From Candidatus Woesearchaeota archaeon (GTDB taxonomy: Archaea > Nanobdellota > Nanobdellia > Woesearchaeales > 0-14-0-80-44-23): 64,000 nucleotides of DNA. Position numbers and translations under genes: made by a program. Below the pieces are notes generated by a model. That model saw only the letters and a program-made list of their open reading frames with translations. It made no database searches and was not told the DNA's origin. Shown here in pieces: positions 30,160 through 39,963 of this stretch (its first letter is position 1; every line of letters begins with the position of its first letter). The stretch spans positions 751,219 to 815,218 of the forward strand of contig JAVZCZ010000001.1 of assembly GCA_038874135.1 (NCBI GenBank). The letters run 5' to 3'.

Positions 30160-32418
30160 ATGTTGAAATATAATCAGAGGTTTATTTTATATGCATCATT
30201 TCTAATTTTAATAGCAGCACTTTCCAGTATGGCAGCTGCTGCTCCAATAACATTTTCTACACACTTCTTAGCTCCTATAGCAGTCGCTTCTCTGTCTAGA
30301 GACTCATTCGTAATCGCGTATTGTGACAATACCTCCGCCAAGGTCGCCTTTCAAATTTATAGAACTAATGGCACCCAGCTCCTTGCAGAGCGGGATGTGG
30401 ACACAACACTTGGAACAAACCCTTGCGGTTACACTTCAGTTGCAGTTTCAGCTTTTAATTCAACACACTTTGTTATCGGCTGGATAGACAGCGGAAGCTC
30501 TTATGCAAGCTTTCAAGTGTTTGATATAAATGGGAATCCATATTCCAGCAGGGTGGATGTGGATACTACTGCTGGTACTTCCCGTTCTGTGAGTGTGTCT
30601 GCTTTTAATAGTTCTGCTTTTGTTTTTGGTTGGTATGATCAGGCTTCTGCTTATGCTTCTTTTAGGACTTTTAGTTCTTCTGGTGTGGCTATTTCTTCTG
30701 TTGTTAATGTGGATACTACTGCTGGTACTTGTAATGCTGTTTCTGTTTCTGCGGTTAATTCTTCTGCTTTTGTTTTTGGCTGGTATGATCAGGCTTCTTC
30801 TGATATGACTTTTCGTACTTATACTTCTTCTGGCGTTGCGATTTCTGCCGTGACTGATGTGAATACTAAGGTGGGTACTGGTTCTTTTTCTGTTTCTGTT
30901 GCTGCTTATAATTCTAGTGCTTTTGTTATTGTTTGGTATGATCAGAGGCTGGGTTATGTTAGTTTTCGTCAGTATTCTGTTGCTGGTGTTCAGATTGGGA
31001 GTCAGGTTAATCCGGATACTGCTGTTGGGACTACTGCTTCTGGTGTTTTTGTTTCTTCTGTTGGTGTGAATTCTAGTGTTTTTGCTGTGGGTTGGAATGA
31101 TTTGACTACTGATGTTGTTAGTTCTGTGAGGACTTATAGTGGTGCTGGTGCTGCTGTTTCTTCTGAGGTGGTTGTGCAGGCTAATGCTTTGAAGTATAAT
31201 GCTCTGGCTGGCTACTACCCTGCCACGGGCATACGCATGTGTGACAACGCATTCGTAATAGCAATTTCTAATACAAGCACGCAAGCATTCTTCACAGGAT
31301 ATTATGCCAATGGAACCAACTGGAATGGAATATGCACGCCTCCGAATATGAACTCATCTAAAATAACCTCTTCAGAAGATAACTTTTACTACAATGCAAC
31401 CCTGATTGGATGGTGCAATGCAACCCATCCTGACAGCCAAAACATCTCATACTACTACAACTGGTACCTAAACGGGCTATTAAACAAAAGTGGACAAACA
31501 CAGTATAGCACTCCAGGAGTCGCAGTGAATGTGGATAACATAACCTCATCATACCTCTCAATAGGCCAAAACTGGACTTTGGAATGCATTGCCTATGACG
31601 GATTATCCAACTCAACACCTCTCAACTCGACAGCAGTGACAATAGTGGATATAAATAGGCCTCCCCTGATAACCTCAATTCTTTTGGACGATGACATCCT
31701 TGCTCCTTCTTTTCAGATAGATTTATCTGCGGGCTCAACTAAAAGGGTTAATTGTAATGGCACAATTCAGGATCCAGATGGAATCTCAGACATTGTGAGC
31801 ATATCAGCAGTACTTTACGCTTCTGGCAACGGCACTCTTCCTACATTTCCCGAAGACAATAACACATTATACCGAAACTACAGCTGCTCACTATCCCAAA
31901 TAAACCTGACCTCTGGCTCTTTTAACTGCTCATTCGCATTGTGGTATTATGCCCAAAACGGCACCTGGACATGCAATGTTACTATTAATGACACAAAGTC
32001 CCACTACGCTTCAGCAATAATAAATTCAACTGTTAACGAGCTGGTGGCATTTGAAGTTTTCCCACTAACAGTTGACTATGGCAATATGGCTCCTGGAAGC
32101 ACCAGCGCGTCTTCAACAAATCTGCTAATAACCAATATGGGCAATACAAAAATTGACTTAATACTTAATGGCACCAACATGAGCTGCACCTTAGGATTTG
32201 TAGGAGCTTCAAACCAGCATTATAATTTGACAGGGTTTGACCAGGAATATTCTAATATGAGAGCACTTACCGAGCTTCCGTTTACCGCTTCAGATTTTGA
32301 CCTTCAAAAGCGTGTAACCTCGGAAGCTAACAGGACTGCCTATTGGCGCGTTCAAATCCCTACAGGCGTTAAGGGAAGATGTCTAGGTATAATTCAGCTG
32401 ACAGCTCAGAAGGGTTAA
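30160..32418 (+). CDS. Secreted protein with beta-propeller-like blades plus a C-terminal domain homologous to the 29195 protein
   Basis: Signal peptide. The blades include a 219-aa stretch 100% identical to the 18649 protein. The C-terminal ~260 aa are homologous to the 29195 protein. Confidence 0.65.
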   Translation: MLKYNQRFILYASFLILIAALSSMAAAAPITFSTHFLAPIAVASLSRDSFVIAYCDNTSAKVAFQIYRTNGTQLLAERDVDTTLGTNPCGYTSVAVSAFNSTHFVIGWIDSGSSYASFQVFDINGNPYSSRVDVDTTAGTSRSVSVSAFNSSAFVFGWYDQASAYASFRTFSSSGVAISSVVNVDTTAGTCNAVSVSAVNSSAFVFGWYDQASSDMTFRTYTSSGVAISAVTDVNTKVGTGSFSVSVAAYNSSAFVIVWYDQRLGYVSFRQYSVAGVQIGSQVNPDTAVGTTASGVFVSSVGVNSSVFAVGWNDLTTDVVSSVRTYSGAGAAVSSEVVVQANALKYNALAGYYPATGIRMCDNAFVIAISNTSTQAFFTGYYANGTNWNGICTPPNMNSSKITSSEDNFYYNATLIGWCNATHPDSQNISYYYNWYLNGLLNKSGQTQYSTPGVAVNVDNITSSYLSIGQNWTLECIAYDGLSNSTPLNSTAVTIVDINRPPLITSILLDDDILAPSFQIDLSAGSTKRVNCNGTIQDPDGISDIVSISAVLYASGNGTLPTFPEDNNTLYRNYSCSLSQINLTSGSFNCSFALWYYAQNGTWTCNVTINDTKSHYASAIINSTVNELVAFEVFPLTVDYGNMAPGSTSASSTNLLITNMGNTKIDLILNGTNMSCTLGFVGASNQHYNLTGFDQEYSNMRALTELPFTASDFDLQKRVTSEANRTAYWRVQIPTGVKGRCLGIIQLTAQKG
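30550..31205. repeat. Copy 2 of the exact 656-bp GT-rich propeller cassette
   Basis: Identical to 19969-20624. The antisense ORFs at 20012-20227 and 30593-30808 are also identical. Confidence 0.9.
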
Positions 32419-32445
32419 GATTTAAATAATCGTGGTGATGAAGAT

Positions 32446-33636
32446 ATGAGTATGAAGATATTAACAAGAGTTTTTGTAATCTCCCTGTTCCTTATTTCAG
32501 CTTCCATTCCCTGCCTTGCAAGTTTAGGAGTAAGCCCAGGAGCTCTGATTTTTCCAAACATGCTGAGAGGCGGTTTTGCACAGCGTCAGATACTCATAAG
32601 CACCCTCTCAGAGCCAATAAATGTTCAGCTAAATGCAGGAGGCGAAATTGACTCTTGGATTGAATTCTCCCGTCAAAACCTCACAGTACTTCCAAACATT
32701 TCAACCGCAGTATCAATAGTTGTAAGGCCACCTGCAGACATTCCTAACGGCAACTATTCCGGGTTTGTCACGGTGTTTAGAACTCCTATGGATAACTCTC
32801 AGAACATAACTGGGATAGGAAATGTTGTAGTTATGAGCGTGAGAGTTCCGATAACTGTTGAGGTTACTGACAGAGAATCTAAGAAGTGTAGGGCGTACTC
32901 ATTTTCAATAGATAGTGTGGAGCAGGGCAGCCAGGCAAAGCTCAGAATGGTTGTGATAAATGATGGCAATGTTAAAATGTCTTCTCCGGTAAGAGTGGAC
33001 ATCTGGGATCAGCAGAGGACATCTATAGTTAAGTTTCAACAGTTTTCAACACCTAATGTTCTGCCAACTTTGGAACAGGCTATAGATTTTTCTCTCTCTG
33101 TTGAGCAGCTTCCAACAGGTCAATACTGGGCAGAGATATCTGTGCCGGAGTGCGACGCTTATTCCATAGTGACTTTTGACATCCTTGAAAAGGGGGCGCT
33201 CTTATCCAAAGGTTCGCTGCTGCAGATAATTAATGAGCCCTGGATCTCAGTAGGACAGACTGCAAAGATAGAAGCCATTTTCAAAAATGAAGGAGCCAGA
33301 AGCGTTCTGGCAAGGTTTAAGGGCACAGTGTCTTATCAAGGGCAGCTCGTGTCAGTTCTAGAATCTGACGAAGTTGAAGTTCCTGCTGGGGCAACAGAAT
33401 CCTTAATTACCTATTTTAAACCTGCACTTCCCGGCTCTTACACTATTGAAGGAAGAGTATATTATGGAAAAAAGGTTACCTTTCCAGCATCTTCAATAAT
33501 AAATGTGAAGGAGAGCCAGAGAATTCACTTAGATCTTATTACTCTGATTTATATAATGATACTGATTGCCAGCCTTGTTCTGCTGTTCCTCATATTTAGA
33601 AGGCATAGGAAGAGGATGCGAAAGAGACTTTTCTGA
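32446..33636 (+). CDS. Secreted protein with a C-terminal TM anchor and basic tail
   Basis: Signal peptide, CARDB/Ig-like segments, and a C-terminal LITLIYIMILIASLVLLFLIFRRHRKRMRKRLF. Confidence 0.55.
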   Translation: MSMKILTRVFVISLFLISASIPCLASLGVSPGALIFPNMLRGGFAQRQILISTLSEPINVQLNAGGEIDSWIEFSRQNLTVLPNISTAVSIVVRPPADIPNGNYSGFVTVFRTPMDNSQNITGIGNVVVMSVRVPITVEVTDRESKKCRAYSFSIDSVEQGSQAKLRMVVINDGNVKMSSPVRVDIWDQQRTSIVKFQQFSTPNVLPTLEQAIDFSLSVEQLPTGQYWAEISVPECDAYSIVTFDILEKGALLSKGSLLQIINEPWISVGQTAKIEAIFKNEGARSVLARFKGTVSYQGQLVSVLESDEVEVPAGATESLITYFKPALPGSYTIEGRVYYGKKVTFPASSIINVKESQRIHLDLITLIYIMILIASLVLLFLIFRRHRKRMRKRLF

Positions 33637-33679
33637 TATCTCTAAAAATTTTTTTATATGGGATAACTTTTAACAATTT

Positions 33680-35338
33680 TTAATATCTCCTTACAAAGTC
33701 TACAAATGTTTCTAAAATCTTTAGCTGGTAAGATGCAAATCCCTGCTTGAACAGCAGTCTGTTCTTTCTGCGCAGGTTGTAAATTATGGCAATTTCCTTC
33801 CTGGGGCTTAGCTCCTTAACTTTGAGTACAATCTCCTCATTTTCAATTGAATTCTCAACCTCAGCAGCAGGCTCCTTTTCAATTTTTATTTCTCCTTCTA
33901 TGCTCCCTCCCAGAGCTCCTGGCTCATGCACCTCAATGTTGTAAACTGGAGCGCTTCCCACATTTCTGATAATTAATTCTACCTTATAAAGTCCGATTTT
34001 TTCTAAAGAAACATTTCTCTTTATCAACAGAGGCTCCTTCCTCCTGGATATGTACTTCATTGTTTCCTTGCCTAAAAGGAAGAGAATTGATATGCTTAGT
34101 AGTATAAGGAATAAAATTTTTAGAGTGGTGCTCTGTAATAACTTGATAATTCTTGATGGTGCCTGCTTCTTAGGCTTCTTAACCGCATCTAAAGTGATGC
34201 TGTAATTTCCATCAGTTCTGTTATTATATTTTATAAGAATATCAGGTGCACCGTTAGAGTTGATGTCTGCGGGAGCAGTGGAATATTTGTTGAATAAGAA
34301 TCCAGGACCGCCGAAGAATCCTATATAAATCATGTCCCCTTTTATTGGAGTTAAGGTTAGGAAGTAGTTTGTGCCTTCATAAGTAAAGAACCAAATTGGT
34401 CCTTTATACATTGTCACATTAAACTCGTCCTGTTCAGCAAAGTTTCCTATATAGATTATTTCTGCTTTTGTGAACAGCCTTCTCTCTTCAGGCGTCAGCT
34501 CTCTTACAGGCGTCTGATTTGTAATGTTTTTCTTCTCTTCCGGCGGCGGTGGTGGCATTCCTCCTCCCCCACCGCTTTTTTCCTCTCCAGGCTTTTCAGG
34601 ACCCTCATTCGTTATATTCGGCATAGTAAAATTTCTTGGTATCACATTTAGCACGAAAATATCGTGAGTTGCGTTGCAGCCGTCAAACGCCACTATGGTT
34701 ATTAAGAAGGTGCCCACGCTTTTAAGCCGAGTAGATATCTCTCCCGTGGTTGAATTTATTTCAAACAGCTCGGTGTTGTCTGAAAATGTTATATTATCTC
34801 CGTCGGGATCTGTTGCCTTTACTATTGTTCTGAAAAAGTCATACTGAAACATTGTGATTGAGCCCAAAGGTTCCAGTACTGGCGGTTGGTTTCCTACACA
34901 ATACCTAAACCTGAACCACTGGCTCCAATCACCATAGCTCTCATTATCAAATCCCCGTACTCTCCAAAAGTAGTCGCCTTTTGAGTAGGTAATGCTCAGG
35001 TTTGAATAGTTCGTCTGCTTATCGCCCTCTGGTATGTCTTCTGTTTCAAATGCTAAGAAAGAGAAGTTGTTATCAAGTCCAACATGTAACTGGTATGTTA
35101 TTTTGTCCAAGTTGTAGTCTATGGAATTGTTCCAAAGGTAGTAAGAGATTTCTGAATCTTCAAATATCAGAGAGTTATTCTCAGGATATACTAAGCGCGG
35201 GGGTGTCGGAGGTGCATTTTCTACATTTACTTCTGAAACAGCCATGCCTGTTTTTTCCAACCTGCTTCTTAGAAAAAGCACTAACCCAACTATTAATATT
35301 GCAATTCCCACAGCGCTTTTTATCCTGTTCAAGTTCAT
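33680..35338 (-). CDS. Membrane-anchored surface protein with an FN3/cadherin-like region and a Gly/Pro linker
   Basis: N-terminal TM helix, a DPDGD motif, a GGGGGMPPPPP linker, and a second hydrophobic helix. Confidence 0.5.
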   Translation of the reverse strand: MNLNRIKSAVGIAILIVGLVLFLRSRLEKTGMAVSEVNVENAPPTPPRLVYPENNSLIFEDSEISYYLWNNSIDYNLDKITYQLHVGLDNNFSFLAFETEDIPEGDKQTNYSNLSITYSKGDYFWRVRGFDNESYGDWSQWFRFRYCVGNQPPVLEPLGSITMFQYDFFRTIVKATDPDGDNITFSDNTELFEINSTTGEISTRLKSVGTFLITIVAFDGCNATHDIFVLNVIPRNFTMPNITNEGPEKPGEEKSGGGGGMPPPPPEEKKNITNQTPVRELTPEERRLFTKAEIIYIGNFAEQDEFNVTMYKGPIWFFTYEGTNYFLTLTPIKGDMIYIGFFGGPGFLFNKYSTAPADINSNGAPDILIKYNNRTDGNYSITLDAVKKPKKQAPSRIIKLLQSTTLKILFLILLSISILFLLGKETMKYISRRKEPLLIKRNVSLEKIGLYKVELIIRNVGSAPVYNIEVHEPGALGGSIEGEIKIEKEPAAEVENSIENEEIVLKVKELSPRKEIAIIYNLRRKNRLLFKQGFASYQLKILETFVDFVRRY

Positions 35339-37869
35339 TTTATTCCGTTCAATATTTTCAGCATTTCTTCCTTATTTCTTGCTTTTCTTAATCTTGCCGC
35401 TAAATTCCTATCCCTAATCTCGTCCCTTATCCAATCTGCAAGATCGTTCCTTTCAAAATTGACATGGTAGTTGAAAGTGTCAGAGTCGGCATATTTAATC
35501 TCCCTTTTGAGTTCTTCTATACTTCTAACAACTCTCCCATTGTAAAGATGCAGGGGATTTATTTTAAGTCCGCATTCACTTTTGGGCTGATTTGAGCTTT
35601 TCAATTCTTTTTCTTCTCCACTCTTAACTTGGCTTCTTATTTCTTCTAACCTTTTTATTCTACTTCTCAACTCTTCAGCTTCCTCTGGAGAAAGATCTCT
35701 TGGATCTATGCTTTTTAACTCTTCAAGCACAGAATCAACATTCTGTACATCTTCTTTTTCTTCCAGCAAGCCTTCTTCTCCGCTGAATTCATCTTCATAA
35801 AAAGTTTCCTTTCCCATTCTGAAATAATAAAATGCAAGAGCCGTCACAATAAAAACACCCATCACTATTCCAACATATTTTGAACTGCTTCTTAAAGTTT
35901 CAAAAACAGAATATCCGCTTATATTGTTTTTTTCATAAGTCGGCTTTTTAAGTAGGACTGATTTTATACTTCCCAAATCGCTTTCTGATACTTTAGAGTT
36001 TACTACGAACTTGATAACATTTTCTTTTCCATTTGTGGGGAAGCCTATTATAGGGTCACTTTGGATTATTGTGTAGCCCTTGCTTATGAAGCGAAGTTTA
36101 GATACATCTTCTGCAATGTTTTTCGGAATCAGCATTACAATTGAGGAGTTGTTTTCTTCCTTATCTAAAATGAGTTTATCTTCAATAAATGTGATATGCT
36201 CAGTGGAGCCCTCATATATTATGCTTACAAGCCTTCCGGAAATCAACTGCTTAACTCCTTCCTGTTCAGAGCTGACCTTCTTTATATAGTCTAAGTCTCC
36301 AGAATTTTGCGGGTAAGTCTTTGAAATGGCAGACACCACATCTTCGTTGTTTGCCCTTACTTCAACTTCTGAGTAGTTCGTTAATTCTAAACTTAGAGGA
36401 ACAGCACTTAGCAGCGATCTTAATGCTATCTTCTGCCTTGAAACCTCAGAAAGTATGTCTTCATCTTTTGAAGTGCTCGTTCTTAACCCTTTCAATTCTG
36501 AGATTACTCCTTCAAGTCTCATCAATGAGTTTTGCGCCTCTTCTAATAAGCCGGTTGCATCCAGAATTTCTGAAGGGATTTCTTGCATTTTTTGGATTCT
36601 CTTCTGAATTTCCACCTTAGCAGCTTCTGCAGAGCTTATCGCTTCGCCTATACTCCTTATTGTTTGCGGGGAAAGTTCAGAATCAACATCACTTTTAACA
36701 GCTATCGCACTTACCTCATTAGAAAGCCCGCCTTCATTTCCAGCCAGGTCAACTGCTGATACTGCGTAGTAATATGTTTTTCCTTCCGCTACATTTCTAT
36801 CAACATAATATGTTTCACTAGTCTTATCGTAGTAATCCAGATAGCTTACTCCAGTTGAAGAGCTTCTATATATTCTAAATTCTGATATGTTATCCCCTTC
36901 AAATCTTATACTTAAATTTATCTTACCATCTTTTTGAGATGAAGCGCTTAGGATTGGCGCTTCAGGTGCTACTGTATCTATTATGAAAAGTTTTCCAGAA
37001 GTTATTAGGTCCCCACTTGTGCCATAGTAATCAGTACCCCTGAATGAAAAAGAGCCTATCTTGTTTCCCATACCCTTATCAATTATGAGATACCCGCGCC
37101 AAACCCTTCCAGAACCGACTAGGTCTATACTTTTTATGTTATCATCCACCTTATATGTTAATATTGGCGTTGGTACTAATTCAGTTGAAGCTGTTAGAGT
37201 AACCTCATACAGCCCATCCTTCAATGGTGGATTTTTTGAGAGCGAAATCTGAGCATAGACTGGACTTCTCACATAAAAGTTTATAACTTGTTCAACCTTG
37301 TTTCCAACAGAATCAAAACATCTTATCAGGTATGACTTTGGGCCTTGAGATAGTCCTGAGAGGATAGTTTGATGGCTGAAACCATCTGCACTTTCCAGTT
37401 GCCTTTTTACTCCTGAAGATTCGTAGGAACAGTTAGCCCTTTCATTAGTCGCAACGAACATCATAACATAATCTGTGCTTATTGAGCCAGAAGGCCCGCT
37501 TCCCACTATTAAGGGGGGTGTAGTGTCTACTGTAAAATTAATTAGAATCGGAGTGCTGCTCTCATTGTTTAAGTTGGTGCAGACGGCATAGAATTCATAG
37601 TAATCGTCTTCCAAGCTTAGGTTCAGCCAGTGTTCTGTGTCGTTACCCTGCATAAGATTTTCCATCTGTGAATATGTAACATTGTTTTCTGATATTCTGC
37701 AGAGAGCACTCTCGTTTGTTATTGTGAGAAGATTAACATTTTTATTATTGGTGTCTGCTGTTGGTGCATATGCAACTATCTTTGGAGCGGCAAGAGTGGA
37801 TGTTGCACACGCTATTGTGATAATCAGGATTATTATGTTCTCCTTCCACGAGATGTGATAATTTTTCAT
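35335..37869 (-). CDS. Surface protein with Ig-like and fibronectin-III domains, a coiled coil, a TM helix and a cytoplasmic HVNFERND domain
   Basis: Signal peptide. FN3 signature FRIYRSS...TYYYAVSAVDLAGNEG. TM helix YVGIVMGVFIVTALAFYYF. The C-terminal 70 aa are similar to the 26656 product. Confidence 0.6.
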   Translation of the reverse strand: MKNYHISWKENIIILIITIACATSTLAAPKIVAYAPTADTNNKNVNLLTITNESALCRISENNVTYSQMENLMQGNDTEHWLNLSLEDDYYEFYAVCTNLNNESSTPILINFTVDTTPPLIVGSGPSGSISTDYVMMFVATNERANCSYESSGVKRQLESADGFSHQTILSGLSQGPKSYLIRCFDSVGNKVEQVINFYVRSPVYAQISLSKNPPLKDGLYEVTLTASTELVPTPILTYKVDDNIKSIDLVGSGRVWRGYLIIDKGMGNKIGSFSFRGTDYYGTSGDLITSGKLFIIDTVAPEAPILSASSQKDGKINLSIRFEGDNISEFRIYRSSSTGVSYLDYYDKTSETYYVDRNVAEGKTYYYAVSAVDLAGNEGGLSNEVSAIAVKSDVDSELSPQTIRSIGEAISSAEAAKVEIQKRIQKMQEIPSEILDATGLLEEAQNSLMRLEGVISELKGLRTSTSKDEDILSEVSRQKIALRSLLSAVPLSLELTNYSEVEVRANNEDVVSAISKTYPQNSGDLDYIKKVSSEQEGVKQLISGRLVSIIYEGSTEHITFIEDKLILDKEENNSSIVMLIPKNIAEDVSKLRFISKGYTIIQSDPIIGFPTNGKENVIKFVVNSKVSESDLGSIKSVLLKKPTYEKNNISGYSVFETLRSSSKYVGIVMGVFIVTALAFYYFRMGKETFYEDEFSGEEGLLEEKEDVQNVDSVLEELKSIDPRDLSPEEAEELRSRIKRLEEIRSQVKSGEEKELKSSNQPKSECGLKINPLHLYNGRVVRSIEELKREIKYADSDTFNYHVNFERNDLADWIRDEIRDRNLAARLRKARNKEEMLKILNGIK

Positions 37870-37870
37870 G

Positions 37871-38026
37871 TTAAAGCTTTATCTTTGAGACAAGGTTGTT
37901 GTCTCTTTTTACTGCCTCTTCAATTGCCTTTTGCAGGTATTCTTTTAGGGTTGTGTTCTTGAGAAAGGCGATGACCTTAGCTTTTGTGTGCAGGTCCTCG
38001 CTTAGGTCTAGATTTATCTTTTTCAT
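37871..38026 (-). CDS. Small ribbon-helix-helix protein, not in the supplied ORF track because it is under 60 aa
   Basis: Hand translation gives MKKINLDLSEDLHTKAKVIAFLKNTTLKEYLQKAIEEAVKRDNNLVSKIKL. Its stop lies 1 nt upstream of the ATG of the 35335-37869 gene. Confidence 0.4.
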   Translation of the reverse strand: MKKINLDLSEDLHTKAKVIAFLKNTTLKEYLQKAIEEAVKRDNNLVSKIKL

Positions 38027-38191
38027 TTTCAGCCGCTCCTCGGAAATTCCCGAATTACTTTAATTACTTCAATTGTTAAAAGAATTTAAATAGTTTTCTA
38101 TATTAAAATTATAAAAGTTATAAAAATTATTTAACTAATCTTAACAACTTAAACTATAAAAATAATATATATAAGAATTGAAAATGGTTTT

Positions 38192-39928
38192 TTAGTAAGC
38201 GTATTCTTCTTTCTTCTTCCTTCTCTTAAAGAAGGCTATCACTATCAACACTATCAGTACCGCTATTGCAATGGGAAGCCCATAGGTTGTAGCATAATAC
38301 ACATAATCAAATCCTGCTTCTTTCATTGGGAACTTGGCTGTCTTAAACTTCACTAGAGCATCTTGCCGCTCTCCGTAGTAAGCATTAACTGTTATCTGAG
38401 AATTTTCATTTATGTCACCTTCAGTAAGCTTCTCAGGTGCGTAAACCTCTATCTTTCTCTTTTCTCCAGGCAGCAGTGCAAAGGCGCCTTTTGAGGAGAT
38501 CGTAGTGGGTATTCCATTAATTATTACATCCGGAAGCTCTACACTCACATAAGCCTTAACCCTTCCAATGTTCTCTATCTCAACCAGGAATGCACCCGTT
38601 CGCGCATTATACTCTAAGTTGGTTATGTTGATATCTGAGTTGTCCATAACTTCAATTACTGATATTACAACTGTTGCCTGAAGCACTTTTTCCAATGACT
38701 TTTTAGACTCGCCATACAGCGTGTAAAGGCTAGCACTTATATTTCCCTGCAATCTTTCAGAAACTGGATATGTCACTGTCTTCTTTGAATTCCCATCTAT
38801 AAAGACAGCTTCAGAATCTCCAACACTAACCCTATTGCCATTTTCGTCACTTAGGATGATAGTTCCCTTAAAGTAAGCTGCTTGGGGTTTTGGATTTGAG
38901 TATGTGACCTCTAACCTCTGAGTTGCTCTATTGTAAGTTATCTGAAATAGTTCAAGCTGCAGCTCATATTTGGGAAGATAAAAGAGATCCAGCCCTTCTA
39001 CCTGTGCTATTGCGCCCTGAGGATTTCTAGCTCCTTGAGCAAACTTTACAAACACGCTCAGCCCAAGGTTTCTTCTAAGCGTAGTTGCAGTTCCAACCAG
39101 CTCATTTCCTATGAGGACTGCAAACTTTATACCGCTCTTCTTTACAAACTCGCTTACAACATCTGGAACATTGTTTGAACCTATGAATATTACCGGCTCA
39201 ACCCCGCTCATTATCTCTTTTTCTATGAACTCTCCATTTGTGAATATGACCTGCTTTTTGTCAGATATTGCAAGATATCTCTTTTGTATTTCTATGTTGT
39301 TCTCAAAGCGGTCGCCTTCCTTGTTTATCACTTCAGGATTGTATTTCTGGAAGGTGGAAAGCACGCTCCTATCCACATTTCCATAAATTATTATCTTATC
39401 AACTCTTCGCGAGGATAGAAGAGCATCTACTCTGCCCACATTTCTGCTGTTCACAAATAAGACATACCAGCCGTCCAAAACAGCATATGGTGCCACAGAT
39501 ATGGCATTATAGCCATACGAATCATCTATTATTATAAACTTGGTAATCTGCGGGAGGTTGTTTTTTAGCAAATCTAAGTTTACATCCGAATATGAAAGCT
39601 CTTCTGCATTGAAACCACGCGCCTCAACAATAGCCCTATACCCAACAACATATGGAACTTTTGAGGAGCTGATTATCTGAATGTTCTTCTTATTTGGATC
39701 TATCGTATTCAAAAGAAGAGGGCCCGCCTTGCTGCTTACTAAAAAGCCGTTATCAGCTTTTATCAGGTTGGCGTATAAAAGCGTTGAATAAACATCTCGC
39801 CAGTCCTGCGAATTGGCTATTACATAATCCGGAGTAAGCGCTTGAACCCCCCTTGCTATGAGTATTCCAGCAATAATGAGAATTATTCCAAAAGCCAACC
39901 TGCTCCTCTTCATAAGTTTCCACCCCAA
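38192..39928 (-). CDS. Secreted protein with a C-terminal TM anchor
   Basis: Signal peptide. C-terminal LPIAIAVLIVLIVIAFFKRRKKKEEYAY. Confidence 0.55.
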   Translation of the reverse strand: MGWKLMKRSRLAFGIILIIAGILIARGVQALTPDYVIANSQDWRDVYSTLLYANLIKADNGFLVSSKAGPLLLNTIDPNKKNIQIISSSKVPYVVGYRAIVEARGFNAEELSYSDVNLDLLKNNLPQITKFIIIDDSYGYNAISVAPYAVLDGWYVLFVNSRNVGRVDALLSSRRVDKIIIYGNVDRSVLSTFQKYNPEVINKEGDRFENNIEIQKRYLAISDKKQVIFTNGEFIEKEIMSGVEPVIFIGSNNVPDVVSEFVKKSGIKFAVLIGNELVGTATTLRRNLGLSVFVKFAQGARNPQGAIAQVEGLDLFYLPKYELQLELFQITYNRATQRLEVTYSNPKPQAAYFKGTIILSDENGNRVSVGDSEAVFIDGNSKKTVTYPVSERLQGNISASLYTLYGESKKSLEKVLQATVVISVIEVMDNSDINITNLEYNARTGAFLVEIENIGRVKAYVSVELPDVIINGIPTTISSKGAFALLPGEKRKIEVYAPEKLTEGDINENSQITVNAYYGERQDALVKFKTAKFPMKEAGFDYVYYATTYGLPIAIAVLIVLIVIAFFKRRKKKEEYAY

Positions 39929-39963
39929 AATGAATACTTTTAAGTATTAATGCGGAGCTTTTT

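Noticed and set aside
4021-31205. Diversity-generating retroelement (template and variable repeat) explanation for the duplicated cassettes
   Set aside because: The copies are 100% identical, with no adenine-specific mismatches. No reverse transcriptase gene is present in the window. The tracts (656 and 1156 bp) are much longer than typical DGR variable repeats and cover whole conserved domains.
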